Positions 38,322 through 48,663 of a stretch of DNA of 64,000 bases are shown one piece after another. Position numbers and translations under genes: made by a program. The notes beneath the pieces are model-generated. The model searched no databases. It saw only the letters and a list, made by a program, of their open reading frames with translations, and was not told the DNA's origin. The DNA lies in contig OZ241456.1 of assembly GCA_965200875.1 (NCBI GenBank), positions 1,728,001 to 1,792,000 of the forward strand. Reading direction: 5' to 3'. The DNA comes from Bdellovibrionales bacterium. GTDB lineage: Bacteria; Bdellovibrionota; Bdellovibrionia; Bdellovibrionales; UBA1609. Numbering within the stretch: position 1 is the first letter of the stretch; the number at the start of each line of letters is the position of its first letter.

Positions 38322-39433
38322 ATCCACAAAATACAAAAAGGTTTGGCATTATAAAAAAACTGAATTGGAGTTTAATTGTCACAATAACAACACTTCTTAT
38401 TATAGGTTTAATTAATTTATACAGCATTTCTCACCGCGCCCATTCCACCACCACTCATTTATTTTACCTTCAAATGATTTGGATATTGCTGGGAAGTGCT
38501 TTGTTTTTCTGTATTTCCTTTATCAATTATCACTTCCTTGTAAGAACAGCTTACATTTTGTATGGCATTAATTTTATTTTTCTGATAATGGTATATTTTT
38601 TTGGAAGAGCGTTTGGAGGATCAAAAAGATGGTTGGATTTGGAGCTATTTAATTATCAGCCTTCTGAAACATTAAAAATAATTCTCATTTTTATTTTGGC
38701 TCGCATTCTATCGGCCAAACGAAGTTGGAGATCCATGAATATAACAGAATTAATAAAACCGCTCTTATTGATCGGTCTTCCGGTTTTATTTATTATTTTC
38801 CAGCCGGATCTGGGGACAGCCTTAATCACACTGATTATCACAAGCTCCCTAATCATATTCGCAAAAGTGCAAAAAAATATTTTACTGTTTTCTCTTTTAT
38901 TTATTCTGTGCGTTTCTCCCGTTGCCTGGCATTTCCTTTTAAAGGAATACCAAAAAAACAGAATTTTAACTTTTATTTCCCCAGGACGTGACCCTCGTGG
39001 AACAGGTTATAATATCATTCAGTCAAAAATTGCCATAGGAAGTGGACAGATTTTTGGAAAAGGATTTCAAAAAGGCACACAATCCCAATTGGAGTTTTTG
39101 CCGGAGCGTCACACGGATTTTATCTTCAGTGTCCTGAGTGAGGAACATGGCTTTATAGGAAGTATTGTCACTATTTTGCTTTTTCTGTTTTTAATTATCT
39201 TGGGGTTTTATACAGCCTTTCAATCAAAAGACAAAGAAGGTGTGTTTTTATGTGCAGGTATGTCTTTTTATATCTTTTGGCATGTATTTATCAATATTGG
39301 GATGACAATGGGATTATTGCCTGTTGTAGGTATTCCCTTGCCCTTGCTTTCTTACGGAGGGTCTGGCATGCTCACCACTATGGTAGCCTTAGGGGTGATT
39401 TCCTCTGTCTCTTACAGACGATATCTGTTTTAA
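38318..39433 (+). CDS. rodA: SEDS peptidoglycan glycosyltransferase RodA
   Basis: 'GSKRW', 'QPSETLK', 'QPDLGT', 'LPERHTDFIFS', 'LSYGGS'. Confidence 0.95.
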   Translation: MNPQNTKRFGIIKKLNWSLIVTITTLLIIGLINLYSISHRAHSTTTHLFYLQMIWILLGSALFFCISFINYHFLVRTAYILYGINFIFLIMVYFFGRAFGGSKRWLDLELFNYQPSETLKIILIFILARILSAKRSWRSMNITELIKPLLLIGLPVLFIIFQPDLGTALITLIITSSLIIFAKVQKNILLFSLLFILCVSPVAWHFLLKEYQKNRILTFISPGRDPRGTGYNIIQSKIAIGSGQIFGKGFQKGTQSQLEFLPERHTDFIFSVLSEEHGFIGSIVTILLFLFLIILGFYTAFQSKDKEGVFLCAGMSFYIFWHVFINIGMTMGLLPVVGIPLPLLSYGGSGMLTTMVALGVISSVSYRRYLF

Positions 39434-39459
39434 CTCCCTTTCTCTTTTAAAAAAAAGAA

Positions 39460-41343
39460 CTAGTTGGCTTTTTTAAACAGATTCATCAACAACCGTTTTT
39501 TATTTTTCACGCTTAAAGAATATAGTTCCAGCTGAGCTTCTTGGAAGGAGGCATCCAGCTGAAATGCTTTTTTGAAATAATCAAAAGCCAATTTTTTTTC
39601 TCCTTTCACTTTCAGAAACAAACCTTGCACAAAGTAAAAAAGAGCGGTTTTTGAGCATTCCATACTCACACGACTAAAAAGTTTCAAAATCTCCTCTTTT
39701 TCCAATTTTGTTATTTCTTTGCCATCCTTATTTTTTATAATAGCCCAAATATAATATAAAACAGCTTTATTAGGAACGGATCGGCAATTAATAATGGATT
39801 TAAAATTATCCAAGGCCTTATCATACTTGGTTTGTTCTATATTTTTCTTTCCCTGCTCGTATAATTTTCTAATGACCACTTCATCAAAATAGGCATTTTT
39901 ATCTAGGCTTTTCAAGTATTCCTTTTTTTTCGTGGGATCCGACAAAATGTGATATATCTTTGTAATCAAGACAAAACACTGACTACTGACTTCCATCATC
40001 TCCTTTGGAGCATTTGGGCCAATTCGATCCGGATGAAAAACTTTTGCAAACTTTCTATAGACCAACTCTATTTTATCCTGAGAGGCATTTAAAGGTAGAT
40101 TCAGCAATTCAAAATAATTTTTCGTTTTGGATTTTTTAAGAAAGTTCTTATACTTTTCCTGTAAAAAACCATAATTTTCAATAGACACTGTTTTTATGTC
40201 CAGATAATTTTTTTTTATTAAAAGACGATAATACATCTCAAACATAATATCCTGTGCATTCTTCTCCTTTAACAGATCATCGATCCGTTGAGAGGTCTCC
40301 AAGGTGTCCAGAAATTTAAACCCTGCCCGACGTAGTAATAGTGCTTTTTTGGAGTTGGGCTGATTTGTTGGTTTGATATACACTGCCTTTAAGTTTTGAA
40401 AAAAAACCTCCAACCATTCCACCTGCACTTTGGAACGTATCCAGTTATCCACTAAAGACAAAAGATGTTTTTCCTCCAGCTGAGTCGTCTGATTAAATAC
40501 CTGAGAAGGTATAAAATGCTCGCAACGTACTATGGTCAAGTTATGATCCATAGCTTTAAACAATCTGATAGTCATTTGCTCCCTTAATATTTTGTGTAGC
40601 TGATGCGGGCTTAAATAACACTTAGATACCAAGTACTCCCCTAAAGAGCCATCTTGCTTTTCTTTAAGAACTTTTTGCAATTTCTCTTCTGTGATTAAAA
40701 AATTCTTAACAAGCAAAACTCCAAGATAAGATTCCTGATCCACTAAGTTAACAGCACTGATATTGCCATTCAGGAATAAAACTGTATCTTTTTTTTTTAA
40801 TTCAGAGTAACTGATATGCAACACTCCTGTAAATCGAATGGAGCAAAGATAAAAATATATAAACATTAACTCATGGCCTTGAATGATATATTCATTATCT
40901 TCCAAAAAGTTTTTCTTGTTTTTTTCCCAAGTATTCAAATAAAAAAATTTGATATTTTCCAAAACATTCAAAGAGAGCTTGAAAGTGCTTTTTATCTTTT
41001 TCTTGATCATCTGGGCATTTATGGGTTTTTTTAAAAACTCATCAATATGGGGGATTACATCTCTATGAATAACATCCTTACCCAACACTCCAGACATAAC
41101 CCATACCTTACAGCTAACAGGCAGTAAGCTTTTGGAAACAATTTGTCTTAAAAAACTAATCCCATTCATCTTTGGAAGAATAACATCCACTATCAAAAGA
41201 TCATAATGTGCTAAAGAAATTAATTGTTCTGCCTGCTGAGCAGAAGAGCTGATGGTTACATGTAAATCTTTTTCAACAAAAATGTTTTTTAGACTTTCCG
41301 CAAGATTTTTGTCATCTTCAATAATTAAAATTTTTTTACTCAT
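39460..41343 (-). CDS. Response regulator with REC, DUF4388-like, DnaJ and TPR domains
   Basis: REC 'LIIEDD...IVDVILPKMNG...FLKKP'; J-domain 'NYFELLNL...VFHPDR'; C-terminal TPR-like helices. Confidence 0.8.
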   Translation of the reverse strand: MSKKILIIEDDKNLAESLKNIFVEKDLHVTISSSAQQAEQLISLAHYDLLIVDVILPKMNGISFLRQIVSKSLLPVSCKVWVMSGVLGKDVIHRDVIPHIDEFLKKPINAQMIKKKIKSTFKLSLNVLENIKFFYLNTWEKNKKNFLEDNEYIIQGHELMFIYFYLCSIRFTGVLHISYSELKKKDTVLFLNGNISAVNLVDQESYLGVLLVKNFLITEEKLQKVLKEKQDGSLGEYLVSKCYLSPHQLHKILREQMTIRLFKAMDHNLTIVRCEHFIPSQVFNQTTQLEEKHLLSLVDNWIRSKVQVEWLEVFFQNLKAVYIKPTNQPNSKKALLLRRAGFKFLDTLETSQRIDDLLKEKNAQDIMFEMYYRLLIKKNYLDIKTVSIENYGFLQEKYKNFLKKSKTKNYFELLNLPLNASQDKIELVYRKFAKVFHPDRIGPNAPKEMMEVSSQCFVLITKIYHILSDPTKKKEYLKSLDKNAYFDEVVIRKLYEQGKKNIEQTKYDKALDNFKSIINCRSVPNKAVLYYIWAIIKNKDGKEITKLEKEEILKLFSRVSMECSKTALFYFVQGLFLKVKGEKKLAFDYFKKAFQLDASFQEAQLELYSLSVKNKKRLLMNLFKKAN

Positions 41344-41669
41344 AACTTTTTTAAGGTAGTGTTATATTCTTATATTCTCTAAAGCAATGATGCCTATCAC
41401 ACCCTACCTATCGCGCAAAATAGGTATATAAGTCCTGTGACACTTGATTTTTCGGCTTATTTTATCTTAATATTGAAAATAATTTAGCCGAGTCGGAAAA
41501 ATGTGGAGATCTGCCATTTAAAAACTGAGGATCTTTAAAAGTCATTTGGAGTAGCTTTTCGTATCATTATAAATATGGCCGGAAGTTTAAGCTTTATTTT
41601 ATGGAGGGCTTTTAGGAGCATTTTCGATTTAATTTGGAAAATATTAAGCCAGAAGGTACAAAACACGGA

Positions 41670-42818
41670 ATGAAAATACAATTTCAGCTTTTTACTGTTT
41701 TTTTAAAATACTGGATTTACCGGAAAAACCTCCTTGCAGTGGCTGTTTTTCATCTGCTGACACTAATCAGTGCGGTTCAGGCCAGAGAGGATAACCTAGT
41801 TCTCCCCCTTTCCCGTGGAGGAAGCCACATATTTTTCACAGAAATAAATACCGGTTACTATTATACGGAAAGCAATTACACAAACTTCAACAAGTCTCAA
41901 TCCTTACAACAAGTCTTAGGTCTTAACAATAACAGCTCTGCCCCATTTTTTCATTATATAAATATGGACTTTGGTCTGGGATACGCTTTTACGGATTGGT
42001 TCGAGATAGAAGCTTTTTCCAGCGGTTTTGGATTTGCACAAAGTGGAAGTGGAAATGGAAAAGATCTTCGTTTCTCAGGACCTCAAATAAACAGAGTGGG
42101 GATGGCCTTCCGCAGTCAACAGGATGTGGAAGGAGTTTTTGGCTTTATACCGGAATTTAGTTTTTCCATTCCTCTTGTGGAAAAACAGAACCTCAATAAA
42201 CCTGTTACAGATGATGGAAGTATGTATTTCACTCCATCTATTTGGCTACATGGGATTATTGGAGGAGTATTTTATCCTTTTATTTACACGGGCTTTAAGT
42301 GGCGTTCTAAATCCATATCCTCTCTCCTTCAATGGAAAGCAGGGGTTATGCTGAAAGGGGAAATGGCGGAGTTAGGAATAAACTCTTATGGTTTTTGGTC
42401 TGTTATTCGGGATAAATCCTCTCCTTCTCGCGGGGATCATGTTAATTTACTCAAAACCACCAACGCCGGCAGTTTGAAATTTCTTTCCACAAATCCTGGT
42501 CTTATTGGATTTATGGGCTGGATAGCATGGCACTTTCCTTATGTAACTTTAAGGCTTCATGGGGATTTTGATATCACCGGCACTCAATATTCTAAAGGTT
42601 ACTCCTTTCTGGCTTCACTAATCATGGAAATAGGTTCAAAAGAGGAAAAAGTAAAAGGTATCTTTAGTGATAAACCGGATTTTGAGCCTCAAATCATGGA
42701 AAATGAACAAGCCGTACAAGACATTTTTGAAAATGCAAAAGAAGACAACCGGTTGGAAGAGGAGACAGAAACACTCCTGAAAGAAACAGAACACGCAGAA
42801 GAAGAAAGAATGGAGTGA
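41670..42818 (+). CDS. Hypothetical exported, probable outer-membrane beta-barrel protein with acidic tail
   Basis: Signal peptide ending 'SAVQA', alternating aromatic beta strands, E-rich C-terminus. Confidence 0.55.
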   Translation: MKIQFQLFTVFLKYWIYRKNLLAVAVFHLLTLISAVQAREDNLVLPLSRGGSHIFFTEINTGYYYTESNYTNFNKSQSLQQVLGLNNNSSAPFFHYINMDFGLGYAFTDWFEIEAFSSGFGFAQSGSGNGKDLRFSGPQINRVGMAFRSQQDVEGVFGFIPEFSFSIPLVEKQNLNKPVTDDGSMYFTPSIWLHGIIGGVFYPFIYTGFKWRSKSISSLLQWKAGVMLKGEMAELGINSYGFWSVIRDKSSPSRGDHVNLLKTTNAGSLKFLSTNPGLIGFMGWIAWHFPYVTLRLHGDFDITGTQYSKGYSFLASLIMEIGSKEEKVKGIFSDKPDFEPQIMENEQAVQDIFENAKEDNRLEEETETLLKETEHAEEERME

Positions 42819-42887
42819 CTAATATCGAAAAAAACCGCTTCTTTTTTACTTACGATCTTCATCCATTAAAAAAATATAACACATATT

Positions 42888-42915
42888 TAAAGTTCCTTCC
42901 GGCCTTAACCGATAA
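42888..42915 (+). promoter_or_regulatory. Putative sigma-28 (FliA)-type promoter
   Basis: TAAA-N16-ACCGATAA (near the TAAA...GCCGATAA consensus), 6 nt before ATG 42922; no Shine-Dalgarno sequence. Confidence 0.6.
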
Positions 42916-42921
42916 AAAAAT

Positions 42922-44067
42922 ATGGTAAAAAAACATCAATCTTTTATTTTATTTGCTTTTGGTCTTTTGCTGGGCGCGCTTTTTTACGGGCTTGCAAGCC
43001 ATTTGTCCTTTTCTGCCAAAACGGGATACATCAAAAACTCTAGGAATATCGCATTTTGGAGAGGTATAACATACATAAGAGATTGTCCTCAACTCAATAA
43101 CCTTAAAACTATAGACAATAATACCTTTATAAATTGCACAATTACGACAGAGAAACAAGACCACGGAGTAAGATACAAAATTAAATCTAGGCTAAGGATA
43201 ACAAAAAGCGAGGATAAAAAACTGAATATCTCTGTAACAAGCTCCATCAAAAATGACACAGAACATGTCACAGAAGCGGATTACTGTTCAAATTGCTCAG
43301 AAAATATTGTTTTTGATATCAGCGAAGAGACAGATATTAACAACATTTCCAATGCTTTAAACAACCAAATTCTTAGTATTTTAAATCAGGAAGAGGATCG
43401 TATCGAAGAAGCTGTGGAAGAAGCTTACGACACTCATCAGAGAAAAGAAGAACTGGAAGAAAAAATCGCCAACTGTGAAATCAGCAAAAGATCTACCACA
43501 AGTTATGAAAGAAAAATCACACCTGAAGAACAAGTAGAGTGTAGAACAAATCAGCTGGAAGATATCACAAATCCCATAGCCAGAACCCGTTTTTTCCATT
43601 CAACAGTAAAAAAAGATTTATGGGACTTGATGGGACAAGAAGATCCTTTGGAACGATCTTTTTTTCTTTCCGACTACATGCAGGAATTAAACAACCCCGG
43701 ACTTTTTACTCATGACTATTTTTCTATCCGCTCTGCCATAGACACCATGGAAAAGTACAGTGATTTAAGACGACATATAGAATCGTTAGGGGATAGTTAT
43801 AATCAGTCCATCGCTTTAAACAATATCAAAGCAAATCTTCCTTTGTATTTTTACACAAATGAGAAAACCACTGCCGGCAGGCAGGATCGAAGACTTTTAG
43901 AGTCCGCTTGGAATAAAAATTTCTCAAGAAACCCTTTTCCGACCTATTACTCCGCTTCCAGAAGGTCAAATTCCTCTCGAAGAAGCTCCACCAGAGGAGA
44001 AGGAATGTCTGCCAACCAATTTAGATCTATTGTAAATTCCCCGGAGTTCAAAAAACTTTACCAATAA
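42922..44067 (+). CDS. Hypothetical exported or membrane-anchored protein
   Basis: N-terminal hydrophobic segment, Cys pairs, helical C-terminal half. Confidence 0.6.
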   Translation: MVKKHQSFILFAFGLLLGALFYGLASHLSFSAKTGYIKNSRNIAFWRGITYIRDCPQLNNLKTIDNNTFINCTITTEKQDHGVRYKIKSRLRITKSEDKKLNISVTSSIKNDTEHVTEADYCSNCSENIVFDISEETDINNISNALNNQILSILNQEEDRIEEAVEEAYDTHQRKEELEEKIANCEISKRSTTSYERKITPEEQVECRTNQLEDITNPIARTRFFHSTVKKDLWDLMGQEDPLERSFFLSDYMQELNNPGLFTHDYFSIRSAIDTMEKYSDLRRHIESLGDSYNQSIALNNIKANLPLYFYTNEKTTAGRQDRRLLESAWNKNFSRNPFPTYYSASRRSNSSRRSSTRGEGMSANQFRSIVNSPEFKKLYQ

Positions 44068-44132
44068 GCCCAGCCGCCATTAATAACTCAAATGCTTTTC
44101 AGAGATGAAAAAAATTAAGTTTCCTTGATGCC

Positions 44133-45350
44133 CTAAAAGGTAATGGCGACTTGACTTATTGCTCCAATATGCCAGTGATCCTCCGTTGGAAATATAATGC
44201 CCATACTTGTATTCCAAACTACACCTTCTGCCAGATGATATTTTAATTCCAGTTCTGTATGATAAAGCGAAACTCCCATATCAGGATAAGAAAGATGTAT
44301 GGAAAAAACCGGCTTCAAACTTAAAGAATCCAAAATAGAAAAAGAAACAGAGGGTGAGATATACATGGAAGAATGAATGGAATATTGCAGATATTCTGAT
44401 AAATACTCAGGTTTTGTGGATTTTAGATCTTCATATTCTGAAATCAAACTAAAAAGCAAAGAGGAAAAAGAAGGATCAAAGTAAAAAACTTTTTTATCCG
44501 GATTAGAAGTGGATATCCCTGTATTCAGCTCCACACCCAGCCACTTTAAAGGAGTTTGCCAAGCCACTTCCAGTGCTCCTCCATAGACTTCTTCAGAAAG
44601 AGTACTCCCCGCTTCCAGTCGCAAAACTAACGGATTCATTTTATAATAGCCATACACACCAAAATAAGAGGGGGACTCCACGGGAGTGGACTCATTCACC
44701 ATATTCTGTGGAGCTGTTTTGTACATAGCCTCTACTCCATATTCATCTTTTGTAAAACCTAGCTGAATAAAAAAATTAAAGGCCATCTTCCCTATATAAT
44801 GAACCATAGGCTGTATATAATAAGAAGAACCGATAAAACCCCGCCAAGAAACAAAACCAGAACTTCCCTCTTTATTATAGACTGGGCTAAAGATTACGGA
44901 ACTGTCATTATAGTACATACCTAAACCGAAATGATGAGGCTTCCACCCTGTTTGAAACAGGCCAAAATCATGAGCGATTTCCAGATATAAATCTCTGACG
45001 GAAAGCAAGGGGATGGAAAAATCGGCTGTCTCTCCAAAACCAAAAAGCCGACCTTCTTGCGCCAGAAATTTTTTACGCAAAGAACCTTCAGAAGAATTGC
45101 CAAGAGGGACTAATTGAAACCAGGATCGAACACGAACATTATCAAAAGCTTTAATATCCGGTTTAAGACGCAAATTATGAAACATCTCACTGGAACCCCA
45201 CTGCTCAAAGTCCCCTTTTTGCAAAATATTCCACTCCAGCTCATAAGAACCAGACCAATCTAAAACGAGAGCCTGAACAGAAAGAACTGAAAAACCTGCA
45301 AAAAAAATCACACTAAAGCAAAGTATCCGCAAAGTTTTTATGACTCTCAT
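44133..45350 (-). CDS. Hypothetical outer-membrane beta-barrel protein
   Basis: Signal peptide ending 'SVQA', 'LDWSGSY', 'PHHFGLGMYYND', terminal Phe ('VAITF'); GGAGG RBS. Confidence 0.65.
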   Translation of the reverse strand: MRVIKTLRILCFSVIFFAGFSVLSVQALVLDWSGSYELEWNILQKGDFEQWGSSEMFHNLRLKPDIKAFDNVRVRSWFQLVPLGNSSEGSLRKKFLAQEGRLFGFGETADFSIPLLSVRDLYLEIAHDFGLFQTGWKPHHFGLGMYYNDSSVIFSPVYNKEGSSGFVSWRGFIGSSYYIQPMVHYIGKMAFNFFIQLGFTKDEYGVEAMYKTAPQNMVNESTPVESPSYFGVYGYYKMNPLVLRLEAGSTLSEEVYGGALEVAWQTPLKWLGVELNTGISTSNPDKKVFYFDPSFSSLLFSLISEYEDLKSTKPEYLSEYLQYSIHSSMYISPSVSFSILDSLSLKPVFSIHLSYPDMGVSLYHTELELKYHLAEGVVWNTSMGIIFPTEDHWHIGAISQVAITF

Positions 45351-45529
45351 AATACTAAGAACCTCCACTGTTTATTTCCTAGAACCGGACCAGGAACCAC
45401 TCTTGAATTTTTTAGGTGTTTTTAATGAAAACCCGACTAAATTAAAAACACTTTTTGCCCAAGGTCAATAAAAAAATATATTGCCATACATTACCATATA
45501 TAAAAACCAAAAAAAAGATTAAAGGTTTT

Positions 45530-45814
45530 TTAGGAACGGGTTGCTGTCAAGTGACTGCGGGAAAGCTCTTCTTCATAATAACGGGCATACAACACTTCCC
45601 ATTCCACACTGTTTTCTGAAACATTTCTTTTGAGGGAGGTAATTTTCTGGCGTGCTTTTTGTTCAATCCGATCATGCTCTTGAATAAAATGAGATAAAGC
45701 TCTTGCGGTGGCTCGCATCACTTTATCTTTATCTCTGTAGCAAACAAGCTTTTTCCGCAAAAGCCCTTCCACTATCATATAAGTCCAATTGGACTTTCTT
45801 TCAGGAGATAACAT
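45530..45814 (-). CDS. DUF507 family protein
   Basis: 'ARQKITSLKRNVSENSVEWEVLYARYYEEEL'. Confidence 0.8.
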   Translation of the reverse strand: MLSPERKSNWTYMIVEGLLRKKLVCYRDKDKVMRATARALSHFIQEHDRIEQKARQKITSLKRNVSENSVEWEVLYARYYEEELSRSHLTATRS

Positions 45815-45841
45815 TCAAACCTCTTTAAAAACACAAAAAAA

Positions 45842-46120
45842 CTATAAGATAATTCCGTTTTTTTTAGCTATTTTTTTCTTTAACAAAGGATACATTTTAT
45901 ATCTGTCAAATTGTCCGGCATGTGTTTTTTCCAAATCATCCAACATTTGAGATACTTCTTTTTCCAGAGCCTTTTCTTTATTCAAATCCTCTGAAAGAAT
46001 AAGATGAATACTCTCAGCCACTTTTTGTTCATCAGCTTTCCATTCTACCAAATCATTTTTTTTCCATTCCTCAAAAATGAGATGAATCAAGTAACGGGAA
46101 AGGCCGGAAGTCCATTGCAT
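45842..46120 (-). CDS. DUF507 family protein
   Basis: 'EKALEKEVSQML...FDRYKMYPLLKKKIAKKNGIIL'; tandem with its paralogue. Confidence 0.8.
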   Translation of the reverse strand: MQWTSGLSRYLIHLIFEEWKKNDLVEWKADEQKVAESIHLILSEDLNKEKALEKEVSQMLDDLEKTHAGQFDRYKMYPLLKKKIAKKNGIIL

Positions 46121-46232
46121 AATTTACGCTCCTGTTCTACTGTTAGAGAATATCGAAATATCCAGCTACTGTCACCCACAAAATATAACTTTGCCGGTTG
46201 TCATAAACCCTCTGCTGAAGTATTTTAATCAG

Positions 46233-48575
46233 ATGAGAAAAAAAACTGTTTTAATTGTTTGCGCTTTTTTTATATTCTTGTTGTGTTTGGTATTATCTCT
46301 GCTTGTACTGCGCCTCAATACCCGCATTAATAACAGCTTGAAAACCACTTGGTTTCCACCATCTGTAAGATACTACACCGCCCCGGAAAAAATCACATCA
46401 GGAAACAACTTATCCACTAGGGAACTGAAGGATAAGTTAAAGCAAAGACATTATAAATTTTCCCAAGAAATTTCGTACCTCGATTCTGGCTATTTTCTCT
46501 CTCAAACCGGTAAAAATTGTCCTGATTTTTTTCCGACCGCAAAATTTTCTGAAACTACAGATGAAAATGACAAACCAGCGAATAATAATAACAGCAAATC
46601 CCTATCTGAATCACATACACTCACCATACCTTTGCCTTCTTTGGATCAGTTTAAAGAATGCTTATTTTGGAAGGAGAAATACACAAATACCCTTTTTACC
46701 GCAGTCTTCGTAAATAACAGACTTTACTCTCTGCAAAAAGAGAACCAGCCAGTGAGTTCCATTTATCTCGAACCGGTTTTGTTTGCAGAATACGAAAATG
46801 GAGAACCTGTGTTAAGGCAAACTCAACCTTTGGAAACTTTCCCGTTTAATTGCCGACAAGCTGTCCTCTCTGCGGAGGATCACCAGTTTATCCTGCATGA
46901 AGGTATCAGTATAAAGGCTATTATAAGGGCTATATGGAGTAATATTCGAAAACTTCGTCTAGCAGAAGGAGGAAGCACCATCACACAACAATTAGTAAAA
47001 AACCTTTTCTTTAGTCAGAAAAAAAGTTTTTGGAGAAAGTTTCAGGAGCAAATCACAGCGTTGCTTTTGGAAATCAAACTCAGTAAAAAAAGCCCTAGAG
47101 ATAAAATTTTTGAAAATATAAAAAACCCTAAAGATAAAATTTTAACGGCTTACCTGAATATAATCTATATGGGACAAAGTGGTTCTTTTCGCATTTATGG
47201 ATTTGGTTCAGCGGCGGAATATTATATAGGAAAACCTTTGTCGGATTTGGATTTAAGTGAATGCGCTCTTTTAGCCGGCATCATAAAATCTCCAGGACGC
47301 TATAAACCTTCTAAAAATAACAAAGCCATCCTCTTAAGAAGAAACCATATCCTGAAAGTAATGTATGAAAAACAAATCATTAACGAAGAGGAGTTAAAAA
47401 AAGCCCAATCAAAACCCATCACAAAAAATATCAGCCCGCAAAATCCTCCCGCTTACTTTACGGATGCGGTTTATAAACAAATAAAACATCTAAATCTCCC
47501 GACTGAAACAGATTTAAAAATATTCACCACTCTCTATCCTGATTTTCAGGCAAAAGCTGATCAATCTGTCCGGCACGGCCTTAAATGGCTTGAAAAAAAC
47601 CGCCTCAAAAAAAACTTAAAAACCTCTCTACAATCCGCTCTCATCAATGTGGATGTTTCCACAGGAGCTGTAAGGGCTATTACCGGTGGTCGAGATTTCA
47701 AAGCCAGCCAGTTTAACCGGGTTATCCAAGCTAAAAGACAAGTCGGTTCTTTAATGAAACCTGTAGTGATTCTTTCCGCCCTCATGGAAAACCCAAGCCT
47801 TACTCCTCTGTCTTTGGTGGAAGATAAAAAGTTTACTTATAAATACGGAAATCAATCCTGGAGCCCGAAAAATTACAAAGAAAATTATAAAGGTGCTGTT
47901 CCCCTTTATTTGGCTCTTGCCCATTCTCTTAACGCGGGAGTGGCTCGAGTGGGCATTCAAACTGGCCTTAAACCTCTTGTCCAAACCCTGCAAAAACTGG
48001 GAGGGCCTTCTCAGATTTCCGCTCATCCCTCTTTGATTCTGGGAGCTATGGAAAAAAGCCCTTGGGAAATAGCACAAATATTTTTAACCATCGCCAATAT
48101 GGGACAATATAGAAAACAACATCTTATACGAAAAGTAACAGATTTATCAGATAATATTTTATATGAACAAAACCAGGAAACAAGCACATCTATTGTAGAC
48201 GCAAAAAAAACAGCCGTACTGGTGGGTATGTTAAAAGAGGTTACTCAATCCGGCACAGCTAAGGGACTTAAAAGTTTTTCCGTCCCCGTGGCTGGAAAAA
48301 CAGGCACCACCAACGAGGAAAAAGACGCATGGTTTGTGGGCTTCACCCCGGAATCCTTAACCGTAGTATGGGTGGGATTCGATGACAACCGCTCCCATTA
48401 TCTGACAGGAGCTACAGGAGCTTTACCAATTTGGAAAACATTTATGAAAAAAATTCTCCCGGCTCTTTCCAAAAAAGACTTTGACTGGCCGGAAGGAGTA
48501 CACTATCAAACTATTTCTCAACAAAAAAAAGACTCTAAGAACAGCCAAGATATTCATCTGATATTTGAACAATAA
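46233..48575 (+). CDS. mrcB: Class A penicillin-binding protein (PBP1B-like)
   Basis: GT51 'EDHQF..HEG', 'GGSTITQQLVKN', 'RKFQE', 'YLNIIY'; transpeptidase 'SLMK', 'SLN', 'KTG'. Confidence 0.88.
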   Translation: MRKKTVLIVCAFFIFLLCLVLSLLVLRLNTRINNSLKTTWFPPSVRYYTAPEKITSGNNLSTRELKDKLKQRHYKFSQEISYLDSGYFLSQTGKNCPDFFPTAKFSETTDENDKPANNNNSKSLSESHTLTIPLPSLDQFKECLFWKEKYTNTLFTAVFVNNRLYSLQKENQPVSSIYLEPVLFAEYENGEPVLRQTQPLETFPFNCRQAVLSAEDHQFILHEGISIKAIIRAIWSNIRKLRLAEGGSTITQQLVKNLFFSQKKSFWRKFQEQITALLLEIKLSKKSPRDKIFENIKNPKDKILTAYLNIIYMGQSGSFRIYGFGSAAEYYIGKPLSDLDLSECALLAGIIKSPGRYKPSKNNKAILLRRNHILKVMYEKQIINEEELKKAQSKPITKNISPQNPPAYFTDAVYKQIKHLNLPTETDLKIFTTLYPDFQAKADQSVRHGLKWLEKNRLKKNLKTSLQSALINVDVSTGAVRAITGGRDFKASQFNRVIQAKRQVGSLMKPVVILSALMENPSLTPLSLVEDKKFTYKYGNQSWSPKNYKENYKGAVPLYLALAHSLNAGVARVGIQTGLKPLVQTLQKLGGPSQISAHPSLILGAMEKSPWEIAQIFLTIANMGQYRKQHLIRKVTDLSDNILYEQNQETSTSIVDAKKTAVLVGMLKEVTQSGTAKGLKSFSVPVAGKTGTTNEEKDAWFVGFTPESLTVVWVGFDDNRSHYLTGATGALPIWKTFMKKILPALSKKDFDWPEGVHYQTISQQKKDSKNSQDIHLIFEQ

Positions 48576-48663
48576 ACCATACACTTACAAATGATATTGA
48601 TTTTGCCGGTTTGACTTTCCAAATTACTAAAGCTACATTTTCTTTTAAGGCTGGGTAACAAAA

